Origin: a virus
Direction: 5' to 3' (one strand)
DNA length: 64,000 nucleotides
IMG/VR virus record: IMGVR_UViG_3300035698_009252
Span: 1-64,000 of that record
In this document: piece after piece, positions 25,761 through 35,120 of the stretch
Layout of the letters: each line of letters opens with the position of its first letter
Position numbering within the stretch: position 1 is the stretch's first letter
Notes under the pieces: model-generated
The model's input: the letters and a program-made list of their open reading frames with translations, nothing else
Told to the model about the DNA's origin: nothing
Databases searched by the model: none
Made by a program: the position numbers and the translations under genes

Positions 25761-28256
25761 CTGCTCTTGGTAGGTGATAACGCCATACGTGTCAGCCAGC
25801 AGATTCTTCAGGAACTCCGGCATGTTGTAGGGTTGCCCATGCTTGCGCTTGGCATACTCCATGTCCATCCCCATGTCACGAGGGCCAGGCCGGATAAGGG
25901 AAGTCAACGCGGACACATCACCCAACGTTTCAAGGCCAACTTCCGTAGCAACGGGCATCGTCGCCGGGTTCTCAAGCTGGAAAATGCCTACGAGGTCACT
26001 GTGGGCGCACTGCCGAATGGCTTGACGGTTGTCAATCGGCAAATCGGCTCGGGTAATCTTTCGCCCCCTGGTCTTCTCCACAAGTGCCACGCAATCACCA
26101 ATGACGGGCAGATTGTTCAGCCCAAGGATATCAAACTTAACAAGCCCAACCGCGCTGAGTTCCTCATTCTTGCCAGGAGCTTCGGCCCATGCCGAGATAA
26201 CCTTCCGGGTATCACTACCGGGCTTGTCATACAGAACGGGGATTCGGCCTTGCAAGTTCATATCCGAGATAATGACGCCGCCCGCGTGAGTGCTCATATT
26301 CTTGACCTGATTCCGCAAAACCCGTGCGTGCCGCAAGACGTCCTGATGTTTGTCGAGATACTCCTTCAAATCGGGATAGTGGTCAAACAGGTCCTCAAAA
26401 CTCATGTCGTCGACCTTGTGCTCCTGGCCCTCCTCGTCCTCAAACGTCTGCAAAGAATCAATCTTTTTAGTGATGGCCCGAACCTCGTGGATATCATAAC
26501 TAAGAGTGCGTGCCACATCAGCTATGACCGAGCTGGTGCGATACATCTGATACGAGCCAATAGAACATACCTTCTCTTCTCCGAACAGTTCCACGATATG
26601 CCTCTTGATGGCCTCCCGGTATCTCGGGTCGAAATCGTTGTCAATATCGGGTGGGTCAGGACGGTCAACTGACAGGAACCTCTCAAACAGGAGCCCATGG
26701 ACAAGCGGGTCCACGTCGGTGATGCCCAAGCAATAGCACACCACACTGCCAGCGCCACTCCCCCTTCCATAACCAATAACCCACTCTCCGTATGTGTCGC
26801 GAGCATCTGAGCAAATCTTTTCAGTGATAAGGAAGTAATCTGTCCATCCCAACTTGGTGATAACACCAAACTCGAACTTCAACCGGTCAATGTACGCTTG
26901 CGCATCAATCTTGACCTTGTTCCCACCCTGGTCAAGGTGAACCGTACCCTTTTCGAGCTTTCTCCATGCGAACCCCTCATTGACCCGCTTACGGAGTATT
27001 TGCTTGCCGTCCGGGTACAACGTAGGCAAATGAATCGTAGAATCTAGCTCAATCTGTTCAGTGGACATGGCAATCAATCGGGTGTTTTTGAGGGCTTCCT
27101 CAAACACGACTTCTGTGAACACGTCATCCAGGAATGGCTCCTTCTTCCCGCCACCCTTCTCCACAAATCCATTCTGGAACGTCCCACGCACTTGGTCAGC
27201 CCGACGATAGTACAAGTTGCCGACATCAAACTCCCAAATGTCATCCTGCTCCTTCTGGTCCATAATCGTTTTGTTTTGCCGGATGCACATCAGGATGTTG
27301 TGAGTCTCGTCGTGTTCGGGCTCAAGGTAATGGCTGTCGCAACCAATAACCAGGGGTGCCCCAACAGATTGAGCAAATTTGATGAGCCGCCGGTTGGCTT
27401 CCCTCTGAGCATCGTACTCAATAATCTGCACCTCAATATAGAATTGGTCAAAGTGCTTCGCGTAGAACTCATACAGCTCGCGAGCCTCTTTTTCCTTGTC
27501 CTCCATGAGTAGCTGGGGTATCTCCCCCTTCATACAGGCCGACGTTGCGATAATCCCCTTGCCCCACTTTTTGACCGCTTCTCGGTCCATCCGAGGACTG
27601 TAATAGAAGCCACTGAGCTGAGCGTCGTTGTGGATGCAAATGATGTTGTCAAAGCCCTGCCGGGTGTGTGCGATTAGAAGGAGGTGGTTCGCCTTGCGGT
27701 GTTTTTTCTTCTCATCGGGGTCATCACCCCTGTAGGGGGATACGTAAGCCTCCATCTCGAAGACGGCCTTGATTCCGGCGTCCTTGCACGCCCGGTACTG
27801 CTTAACCCATCCACCAACCGTCCCATGATTTGAAACACAACAAAATGAACGACGTTGCTTCTTCAACAACTCGACAAGATGGTTGACCGTCCCAAGGCCA
27901 TCCCGGATGCTAAACTCGTCGTGGTGATGAAGGCCCACAAATGAATCCGCTGTAGCCGTCAATGCCCTGTCCCGAAAAACATCGAACTCGACATCCATCT
28001 CCGCTGCCGGGAACTTACGAGTGATATTCTGGCCACACTGAAGCACAAACTTCGGTTTCATCTCGCATATCTCGGCGAACATATCGATAGATTCCTTGGG
28101 CCACGTCACGGCCACCTCAAACCGGGACAGCCCTAAACCGTTCAGAGCCGGTTCCACGTCATAGTCCGGGCCAGGAACCAGCAGTAAAACGTTCTTTTCC
28201 AATGGTATCCTGTCCTTAACGGGCACAGCGTATTTCTCGTAGAACTCTTCCATCAA
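25446..28256 (-). CDS. dnaE: DNA polymerase III alpha, N-terminal part, with C-terminal split-intein IntN
   Basis: PHP LHHHDEFS..DG, GRGSGAGS, PDIDND, HAGG, KFDILGL, GIFQLE, RPGP, YQEQ, then the intein. Confidence 0.95.
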   Translation of the reverse strand: MMEEFYEKYAVPVKDRIPLEKNVLLLVPGPDYDVEPALNGLGLSRFEVAVTWPKESIDMFAEICEMKPKFVLQCGQNITRKFPAAEMDVEFDVFRDRALTATADSFVGLHHHDEFSIRDGLGTVNHLVELLKKQRRSFCCVSNHGTVGGWVKQYRACKDAGIKAVFEMEAYVSPYRGDDPDEKKKHRKANHLLLIAHTRQGFDNIICIHNDAQLSGFYYSPRMDREAVKKWGKGIIATSACMKGEIPQLLMEDKEKEARELYEFYAKHFDQFYIEVQIIEYDAQREANRRLIKFAQSVGAPLVIGCDSHYLEPEHDETHNILMCIRQNKTIMDQKEQDDIWEFDVGNLYYRRADQVRGTFQNGFVEKGGGKKEPFLDDVFTEVVFEEALKNTRLIAMSTEQIELDSTIHLPTLYPDGKQILRKRVNEGFAWRKLEKGTVHLDQGGNKVKIDAQAYIDRLKFEFGVITKLGWTDYFLITEKICSDARDTYGEWVIGYGRGSGAGSVVCYCLGITDVDPLVHGLLFERFLSVDRPDPPDIDNDFDPRYREAIKRHIVELFGEEKVCSIGSYQMYRTSSVIADVARTLSYDIHEVRAITKKIDSLQTFEDEEGQEHKVDDMSFEDLFDHYPDLKEYLDKHQDVLRHARVLRNQVKNMSTHAGGVIISDMNLQGRIPVLYDKPGSDTRKVISAWAEAPGKNEELSAVGLVKFDILGLNNLPVIGDCVALVEKTRGRKITRADLPIDNRQAIRQCAHSDLVGIFQLENPATMPVATEVGLETLGDVSALTSLIRPGPRDMGMDMEYAKRKHGQPYNMPEFLKNLLADTYGVITYQEQCCPADVGVLTPSGYVKIGDIVEHDASNSVLCVNDKGDVVERAIITKHRNGIKDVYRLTLDNGFVLKCTEDHLLMTNNRGWVEAQYLTPEDDIVTTEDIGYDEVA

Positions 28257-28915
28257 GTCACCTTGTATGCCCGATTATACCTCCACCGGAGGGGCAAGTG
28301 TCCTGGAAACTTCTCAAGAGGCACAGAAAACACCCAGTCATTGCCCGAAAATAGCTTGTAGAAACGCATGAAGGTTACAATCCGTGGGATATAATCTGTT
28401 GCCAACAACACGGCAATTTCGTCTTCTGGGCAACCCGTTTTCTCCTTAAAAGCGTCTGTATTCCCAAGTAACACCGGAACAGTTGTCATGGCGTACAATT
28501 TAGCCGAAAGAGGCTCGCACGGAAACATAGTGTCCACTTCGCCACATCTCAAGATAGCCACTGCCCCCGGCACCCATTTCGGAACCAACACCTGGCCATA
28601 AAAAGCGTTTTCGCATGGACATGACATCGTTTCATTCAGAACGGGGCTTCCGTGATGTAAGGCATCCGCCATCGTCCCAAAGGCATCATCCTTCAGCCGG
28701 TCATAAAATTCAATGCTCTCCCCTTCAACCTCTTCTGTGTTAGGAGAACAAGGGAACAGCCGATTTGGCTTGCCCCTGTTAACTTTCAAATTTGCCCTTA
28801 GCTCCTCACCCGTCGTCACCCATGGAAGGGCATAGACTTCGTTGTGATGATTGTCCCGACATACCTTAGCAATCTTCTCCGGCACCAAAGCATTCTTGCC
28901 ACAAATGACTATCAT
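28253..28915 (-). CDS. Hypothetical protein
   Basis: 220 aa, coupled to dnaE. Confidence 0.6.
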   Translation of the reverse strand: MIVICGKNALVPEKIAKVCRDNHHNEVYALPWVTTGEELRANLKVNRGKPNRLFPCSPNTEEVEGESIEFYDRLKDDAFGTMADALHHGSPVLNETMSCPCENAFYGQVLVPKWVPGAVAILRCGEVDTMFPCEPLSAKLYAMTTVPVLLGNTDAFKEKTGCPEDEIAVLLATDYIPRIVTFMRFYKLFSGNDWVFSVPLEKFPGHLPLRWRYNRAYKVT

Positions 28916-29004
28916 AACGAAAGAGGCAGGGCAACTCGGCTGTTTTCAAGTGGTAACTTTTACCACTTGATTCTGCCCTGCCTCCGAGTCCCATTTGGGC
29001 GCTT

Positions 29005-30309
29005 TTACGACCGCATCTCTACGGTCAGGGCTTCGTAAGTAGCTTCCGACTTCTGTCGGCCAATCTCTCCCAGGGCCACAATGATTTTCGCCACTTTCGG
29101 AGCCTGGGGAGCCGCATCCTTGCCGATGAGTTCCCGATAGCCCTTGTACCACTTGCCGATGGCCGAGAGGGTCATCGAGGCGAGATGGTGACTGGAATCG
29201 AACTTCTCCTCCTCCTGCATGGCCTTCACCAGCTCGTTCAAGAACTGGATGGACGACTTGAGAGCGCCATCGAACTTCTTCCACGGCGTTTCCTTCTCCC
29301 ATGCAAGGGCTGCCGACCAGAAGTTCTCAACATTGCTCACCGTCGTCAAACTGCCACCCTTGCGAGATGAGGTGCTGGACACGGGGAACTGGAACTTGAT
29401 GGGGTGCCCCTTCTCAAAGACGCTGTACACGCAATACTTGCGAGCCCTGGCTTTGGTTGTAGCCGTGGCCTCGTAAAGCGCCTTCTGTTGGGCGTCAGCA
29501 TTGCCCCCTACGGCCCCCAGAACGGCGTGTTCGGCCCGCTCAAGGGCACGGGTAGGCCGAGCCTGGTTCGCCACGACAACGGCATCCCTGGCCTCGTTAA
29601 GGGTCATGCTCTCGATATAGACCGGGATGGACACTTCTGTCCCATAAGCCAGGACGATAAATGCCAGCCTATGCCGTCCACTGGTGCATTGCAGGTCATC
29701 CTCAACTGAGGCGTCCCCTTCATCGGGCTGCCGGATAGCAGCAACCTGAATCGGCTGGAACATACGTCCGGCCCGGAGGATATCGGTACCAACCGAAACA
29801 ACCCGGTTCTTTCCCACTTCCGCGCTCAAGTTGACAATATTCTTGAGGGGAAGCTTCTCCGCCAACTCGGCCAAGACCTCATCCTCCGGCTCCCCGATGA
29901 ACAGGGCGATGCTTTTAACCGGCATCGAAACACCTGCCTTGTCTCGCATGAGAGTGCTCAGCTCGGGCAATTCCTCAATCCCGGCTCGCCTGAGCATGAC
30001 CCGGATAACCTTCTGACGCTTTGTAAGGGGCTTCCTGGCCCGCTTCTTGGGCGTCGTGTCTGTGCCGGATTCTTCCTGATTTCCGGCATCCTCATCGCCG
30101 CCCTCTTCATCTCCTGAAGGGGTTTCTTCCACAGGCGCTTCCTTCTGAGGCACACCCGAGGCAGTCGGAGGGTCTTCGGATGCGTCGGGCTCGTTTCCGG
30201 GTTCTTCCTCATCGGACTTTCCGAAATCCAACTCAAACCCACCAAACTCGTCCCCGCCGCTTCCGAATTCTTCCTCTTCGCCTCCGTTTTTGTCGTCTTT
30301 GTCACTCAT
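29005..30309 (-). CDS. ParB/DndB (DGQHR)-like domain protein with acidic N-terminal tail
   Basis: QPIQVA...TSGRHRL...IPVYI...EA..AVVVANQARP. Confidence 0.55.
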   Translation of the reverse strand: MSDKDDKNGGEEEEFGSGGDEFGGFELDFGKSDEEEPGNEPDASEDPPTASGVPQKEAPVEETPSGDEEGGDEDAGNQEESGTDTTPKKRARKPLTKRQKVIRVMLRRAGIEELPELSTLMRDKAGVSMPVKSIALFIGEPEDEVLAELAEKLPLKNIVNLSAEVGKNRVVSVGTDILRAGRMFQPIQVAAIRQPDEGDASVEDDLQCTSGRHRLAFIVLAYGTEVSIPVYIESMTLNEARDAVVVANQARPTRALERAEHAVLGAVGGNADAQQKALYEATATTKARARKYCVYSVFEKGHPIKFQFPVSSTSSRKGGSLTTVSNVENFWSAALAWEKETPWKKFDGALKSSIQFLNELVKAMQEEEKFDSSHHLASMTLSAIGKWYKGYRELIGKDAAPQAPKVAKIIVALGEIGRQKSEATYEALTVEMRS

Positions 30310-31253
30310 CCTATTTCTCCTTCTTTGCCCTCTGTGGGCCTCTTTGTTGCCAGATAGTCAAGAACGGGTTTTCTAACTCCCTTTACTGCTCCCACTTTCT
30401 GTATCAAATCGTGAACATCGACAGCATCCGCCTCGAACTTCATCAGTTCTTCCGCGAATTCGTGCCCGTCAAAATCCTCTTTCGTCAAAGCCACTTCGGC
30501 GGCACCCTCTCCGAACACCTCATCATGGGGTTGCGCCGTCTTGAGCTTCACCAGGTCAAAGACCGGGGGAATGCCCTTCTCGATGTCAATAACTGCCATT
30601 GTAGGCCACCACATATCCGATATGGCCCGTCGGGCAATAGAACCGGGATTGCAGAACCACGTATCGTTCACCTCGTGCGGCTTATAGCCCATATGAAGGT
30701 CACCCGACACCACAAGGTCAAACGGGCTATCTTGAAAATCATTAGTGCTGGTCACGTCAAATGGGGCACGCTGGTTGGTAATAAGTTCGTGGCAGACAAG
30801 GATGTTGTACTTTGCCGGGTCCACCTCCCGGCCCACTCCGTTAATGTCAGCAACAGGTTCCCACTCGTGCTTCCCGTGCAGCACCACCCCATCACCCATA
30901 TCTATCGGGTTGAAAAGGATGGTGAATTGGGGGCATCGCCGGACGAAAAATGCGAGAGTCGAGGATGGGTAAGTCTTTGGGCTGTGCCCATATAGGTCAT
31001 GTTCCCCCACACAACCGTAAGTAGGAAGAGGTGATTCGCAGATGATATCCATCGCGTCGCCGATAATTTCGTAGGAAAAAACCCGGTGGGTATTGAAGAA
31101 GTCCCCGCCAAAGGCCATAAACGAACATCCGGCCTCTTCTGCTACAGCGTAAATTTCCCGAAGCTTTCCTAGGAGAGAGCGGGGGAAATCATCTACCCTG
31201 TGTTTCGGGCTGACGCCGCTCAAATGGATGTCCGTATAAAAGCCGAATCTCAT
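30306..31253 (-). CDS. sbcD: Mre11/SbcD-like metallophosphoesterase nuclease
   Basis: TDIH, GGDFF, GEHD, CH, SGDLH, NPGS. Confidence 0.85.
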   Translation of the reverse strand: MRFGFYTDIHLSGVSPKHRVDDFPRSLLGKLREIYAVAEEAGCSFMAFGGDFFNTHRVFSYEIIGDAMDIICESPLPTYGCVGEHDLYGHSPKTYPSSTLAFFVRRCPQFTILFNPIDMGDGVVLHGKHEWEPVADINGVGREVDPAKYNILVCHELITNQRAPFDVTSTNDFQDSPFDLVVSGDLHMGYKPHEVNDTWFCNPGSIARRAISDMWWPTMAVIDIEKGIPPVFDLVKLKTAQPHDEVFGEGAAEVALTKEDFDGHEFAEELMKFEADAVDVHDLIQKVGAVKGVRKPVLDYLATKRPTEGKEGEIG

Positions 31254-31309
31254 ATTTCCCTCTCCCGTATTATACACGGGGGAGGACGCGCAAAGTCAGA
31301 GAAATCTTC

Positions 31310-31579
31310 TCAGGCTTTGCCAGGCGTATCAAAACGGTGGGGATGGTCGTTGTGCGACCCGATTCCACCCGCGACACTGCCAGACACCATTTTCTTAGCA
31401 TCGGTTGTGCCTTGAGCCGTGTTGTTCCCTTGTGCCTGGAGGTCAAGCGCCCGGAAACTCTTCATTTCGCCGGTTTGTTGCGCCTTCCCATCAAACCAGG
31501 GGACACGAATTGCAGAATCATCTTCTGCCCGCTCAATATCTACCTGCTGCTTGTCCGTTACATTTGCTCGATAAGCCAT
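31310..31579 (-). CDS. Small hypothetical protein
   Basis: MAYRANVT..., AGGAG RBS. Confidence 0.55.
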   Translation of the reverse strand: MAYRANVTDKQQVDIERAEDDSAIRVPWFDGKAQQTGEMKSFRALDLQAQGNNTAQGTTDAKKMVSGSVAGGIGSHNDHPHRFDTPGKA

Positions 31580-31611
31580 TAGATGTCTCCTTCTACTGAA
31601 GGACCTCTTTA

Positions 31612-32175
31612 TCAAAGAATTATCGTACCCAGCTTTTCGACAATGGATTTCACTCGCTGCTCCGTGCCCTCCACTTCCACAACGGTAAATTCGCACCCCC
31701 ACGTGTCAAGAATCCCCATCTCAAGGGCATGTATCTTGAACTGATACCACGGGTTGAGGGTCCGTTTCTCGTTCATTTCGAAGGTCTTATCACTCCACGG
31801 ACAAAAGAACAAGTGCGTATAGAAGGACACTCGTTTCTGGCATGTCTCGAAAATGTGTCGCAATCCCCTAGTATCTACGCCGTGAAGTTCGGTAACGACA
31901 TAGGCGGCCAAGTCTACAACAGTTCGGTCAGTCACGAAGCCACCATCTGCCGCATCTTCCATCTCTATTGTGCGCCGGAGAATTTCATTTTGCCTCCCGG
32001 TATGGGCCAAGAACCGCTCAACCTGAATGCCGGACATATAGTCGTAGCCATCCCGCGTGAGGATGTCCTGGGTAATAACCTTGCCCTCCAAGGCTTTTAT
32101 CTCAAGGGCCTGCGCCAGTGCACGAGCCAAAGAACTCTTACCAGTCCCCGCGCATCCCATTATTCCGATTTTCAT
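31612..32175 (-). CDS. P-loop nucleotide kinase (AAA_28/NadR-like)
   Basis: GCAGTGKS, FVTDRT. Confidence 0.8.
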   Translation of the reverse strand: MKIGIMGCAGTGKSSLARALAQALEIKALEGKVITQDILTRDGYDYMSGIQVERFLAHTGRQNEILRRTIEMEDAADGGFVTDRTVVDLAAYVVTELHGVDTRGLRHIFETCQKRVSFYTHLFFCPWSDKTFEMNEKRTLNPWYQFKIHALEMGILDTWGCEFTVVEVEGTEQRVKSIVEKLGTIIL

Positions 32176-32861
32176 TTTTGGCTCCTGAGAATCAATACGA
32201 TATCCGGCTCACTCGACCATACATCTTCCAAACAATAACCCCTTTTCTCAAACAACTCAAGCATCCATAAATCAAGATGAATGCGTTCACCATGAATTCG
32301 GTAATCCCTGGCGATGGCGCAAACCAGACCGCCATGTGCAATACGAGTCTCGGCTTGGTCCATCACCATCCCCAAACTACGCAAATAGTTAGCCCTATGC
32401 ATGTTCAGGACCACGTCCCTCGGGTTATCCAACGCAGGGGCAGAGGCGTAATAGGGAGGATGGAATAGAACTCCGCCGATATCACGGTCCGGCCCAGTGA
32501 CTGTTGAATCGGCAGCCACAATACGGCTATCTATGGGATTGAGGGTTTGAGACAGAAGTTGAATGCCAATTTCTTCAGCAAAATCCAGGAACCAGCTCCT
32601 TCCAACACGACCCGCAAATGGCTCCCAGATGACCGGCTCCCCCTCTTCTTCCAAGACAACCCCCACAAACTCTTCAAAGATAACAGGATTCATCTGGGAC
32701 GCAGCCAGGCTGTAACCACCTTCATCCCGAAGAATGGTTGCAACGCGCCTCATCTCGTAATACGTCTTCTTCACACCAACCGAGCAGCTTCTTTTAGCAG
32801 GCTTGCAAACCCCCACTCCAAAAAGAATGCCTTCAAAGCGTCCACGTCTTTCGGTGGACAA
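32172..32861 (-). CDS. Amino-methyltransferase-like protein (true start probably near 32774)
   Basis: WEPFAG (motif I-like) and FHPPY (motif IV-like). Confidence 0.6.
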   Translation of the reverse strand: MSTERRGRFEGILFGVGVCKPAKRSCSVGVKKTYYEMRRVATILRDEGGYSLAASQMNPVIFEEFVGVVLEEEGEPVIWEPFAGRVGRSWFLDFAEEIGIQLLSQTLNPIDSRIVAADSTVTGPDRDIGGVLFHPPYYASAPALDNPRDVVLNMHRANYLRSLGMVMDQAETRIAHGGLVCAIARDYRIHGERIHLDLWMLELFEKRGYCLEDVWSSEPDIVLILRSQK

Positions 32862-33715
32862 CGGGGTTTGGGGACTTCGGGCAAGATGTCCATCTGCTTG
32901 AGAGACTTGGCCAACCGGAGCCGGGGTATCTGGTCGAGAAGCACTTGCTCCTTTTTGCCTCGTTTCGGCTTGCTTTCAATGAAGGCTATGATGGCGTCAA
33001 TGTCGCCGTGCTCCATTACGTACTGGCAAGCCGTTTTCGGTCCCCACCCGTCCACACCAAAGATGTTATCCTTGGAGGGGCCGATTTCACCCATAAGGGC
33101 ACCCGCATCCACCCATAAGTGAGGCGCAAAGCCGAACTCCAACTCAAAACGTTGATTGCTCCAAATCTCCTTTTTCATCGCGTCATAGACAATGGTGTTG
33201 GCATCCATAATCTGCATGAAGTCCTTGTCTGTAGACACAACCACGCTGTCAGCGTCCCAGTCGGCATACGTCCGGGCATACGTGTAGATGATATCGTCCG
33301 CCTCAGCACCCGGCACCGCCACCTCAAGGCAACGCACCAGTGGCAAGCCGTACAGAAGTTCCCGCATCTGTTCCCGGAAGCTAACCATATCAGGGTCGTC
33401 CTTCTTCTCTTCCTGGGCTTCCTTGCGGGGTTGCTTATACGACGATGGGATAAGCCCAGTCTCTACGGCAGCCTGGGATTCATTCAACCGCCGCTCGTAT
33501 CCACGGTCCCAACAAATGACCCGAAAGTGTTCCGGGTACTTCTTGTGAAGGTGAATGAGTTGCCGGAAGAACCCAAAAATCATATTCACCTCCTTGCCGT
33601 GATGAGACAAGGAAGCGACAGATGTTCCATCGGGCCTTCGTTTGCGACCGGCCCAGAAGACCCGATGGGCCATGTTGTTTCCGTCAATCAGTAGTAATTT
33701 GGGGCCATTAGGCAT
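32771..33715 (-). CDS. 5'-3' exonuclease / flap endonuclease (PolA N-terminal-like)
   Basis: LLLIDGNN, EADDII, STDKDFMQ, DNIFGVDGWGPKTA. Confidence 0.93.
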   Translation of the reverse strand: MPNGPKLLLIDGNNMAHRVFWAGRKRRPDGTSVASLSHHGKEVNMIFGFFRQLIHLHKKYPEHFRVICWDRGYERRLNESQAAVETGLIPSSYKQPRKEAQEEKKDDPDMVSFREQMRELLYGLPLVRCLEVAVPGAEADDIIYTYARTYADWDADSVVVSTDKDFMQIMDANTIVYDAMKKEIWSNQRFELEFGFAPHLWVDAGALMGEIGPSKDNIFGVDGWGPKTACQYVMEHGDIDAIIAFIESKPKRGKKEQVLLDQIPRLRLAKSLKQMDILPEVPKPRCPPKDVDALKAFFLEWGFASLLKEAARLV

Positions 33716-34868
33716 CTTGCACTTCCACTACTGCTGGTGTGTCGATGGCATCCTGGTCCACAGTATCCGCTACCGGCGTCCTTGTAGGCCGCTTGACTTC
33801 CTTGCCTGCGGTTTTCTTATTGTCGACCACCGTCGGGGCATCTTTCGCCCCGCCAGCCAACAGCGCCTTGTGAGCCTCCAAAGCCGTGCGAATCTTTTCT
33901 GTCATTTTCTCGTCCTGACGCATCATGTCCAGAACGTAAGCGCGGCCCTGTCCAAGCTGTTCGCCGTCATACGAGAACCACGAACCACGCCTCACAACCA
34001 AATCGTAAGAAATGGCGTCGTCGAGAATGGCCGCAACGGTATCAATTCCAATGCCATAGGTGATACAGAACTCTGCCACCCGGAACGGAGGGGCAACCTT
34101 GTTTTTCTTCACCTCGGCCTTGGTCTTGGAGGAAACAATAACGTCCCCTTCCTTGATAACCCCCGTGCGGACAAAACGGACACGAATGGAAGCATAATGC
34201 TTGAGAGCGTGACCCGCCGGAGTTGTCTCCGGGCTGCCCCACTTTACCCCAATCTTTTCACGGACCTGATTCGTCCAGATAATTGAGGCTTGGCGACGAC
34301 CGGCTTCCGTGGTCAACCTGCGAAGGGCTGCCGACATCATACGGGCTTGTGCACCCACCTGGACGTCACCAATATCACCTTCCAGCTCTTCCTTTGTGGT
34401 CAAGGCTGCCACCGAGTCGACAACCATAAGGCCCACGCCTTGCTTGACCAGCTTGTCAAGCACGTTCAGGGCCTGAACACCGTGTTCCGGCTGATTGACG
34501 ATAAGGAAGCGGGTATCCACACCGATTGCCTGGGCATACTCCTCGTCAAAGGCATACTCCGAGTCAATGAGCCCTACGTCCTCGTTAGGAAACAGCCGTT
34601 GGTGCCCGGCAATTGCATGCAAAGCTGCCGTGGTCTTGCCTCCCATTTCCGGCCCATAGAACTCAATAAATCGGCCTTTCGGCCATCCACCGCCCGTGGC
34701 ATCATCCAACTGGGGACAACCAGACGGCCATCGGGTAATAGACACGGTATCCCGCGACCCGAGCCATGTAACAGCGTTGTGGTCTTCCCCACCAAAGTCG
34801 CCGTTGTTTATCGCCCCACATATCCGGGAGATTCTTTCTTCTCGGGTTTCTTCTTTCTTCTTAGCCAT
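33708..34868 (-). CDS. recA: RecA recombinase
   Basis: GPEMGGKTT, VVDSVAAL, QARMMSAALR, KNKVAPPF. Confidence 0.97.
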   Translation of the reverse strand: MAKKKEETREERISRICGAINNGDFGGEDHNAVTWLGSRDTVSITRWPSGCPQLDDATGGGWPKGRFIEFYGPEMGGKTTAALHAIAGHQRLFPNEDVGLIDSEYAFDEEYAQAIGVDTRFLIVNQPEHGVQALNVLDKLVKQGVGLMVVDSVAALTTKEELEGDIGDVQVGAQARMMSAALRRLTTEAGRRQASIIWTNQVREKIGVKWGSPETTPAGHALKHYASIRVRFVRTGVIKEGDVIVSSKTKAEVKKNKVAPPFRVAEFCITYGIGIDTVAAILDDAISYDLVVRRGSWFSYDGEQLGQGRAYVLDMMRQDEKMTEKIRTALEAHKALLAGGAKDAPTVVDNKKTAGKEVKRPTRTPVADTVDQDAIDTPAVVEVQDA

Positions 34869-34877
34869 AACAATTCC

Positions 34878-34910
34878 TTAAAAAGAAGGGGCAGCCCGAA
34901 GGCTGCCCCA
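34878..34910 (-). terminator. Rho-independent terminator
   Basis: GGGGCAGCC-TTCG-GGCTGCCCC followed by TTCTTTTT. Confidence 0.9.
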
Positions 34911-34913
34911 TAG

Positions 34914-35120
34914 TCACAACAACTCCACTCCGGCCTTCTCTGCGCACTTCTCGCGCAATGGGCACTCCCTGCACTCCGAGTGTTCGGGCTGAATAGTGCC
35001 AAAACACATATAGTCTTCCGGTTTTGCCTTGGAGAAGTCATAGTCAGCGCCCGGCTTGGGTGTTGCCTTTGCCTCCTCCGTAGTCGACCTCCCCTCCGGC
35101 GCGGGAGAGGCCGGAATCAG
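34914..35120 (-). CDS. -1 frame extension of SSB (68 aa, 4-Cys domain), reached by a putative frameshift
   Basis: LIPASPAPEG...YMCFGTIQPEHSECRECPLREKCAEKAGVELL*. Ends directly before the terminator. Confidence 0.7.
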   Translation of the reverse strand: MIPASPAPEGRSTTEEAKATPKPGADYDFSKAKPEDYMCFGTIQPEHSECRECPLREKCAEKAGVELL

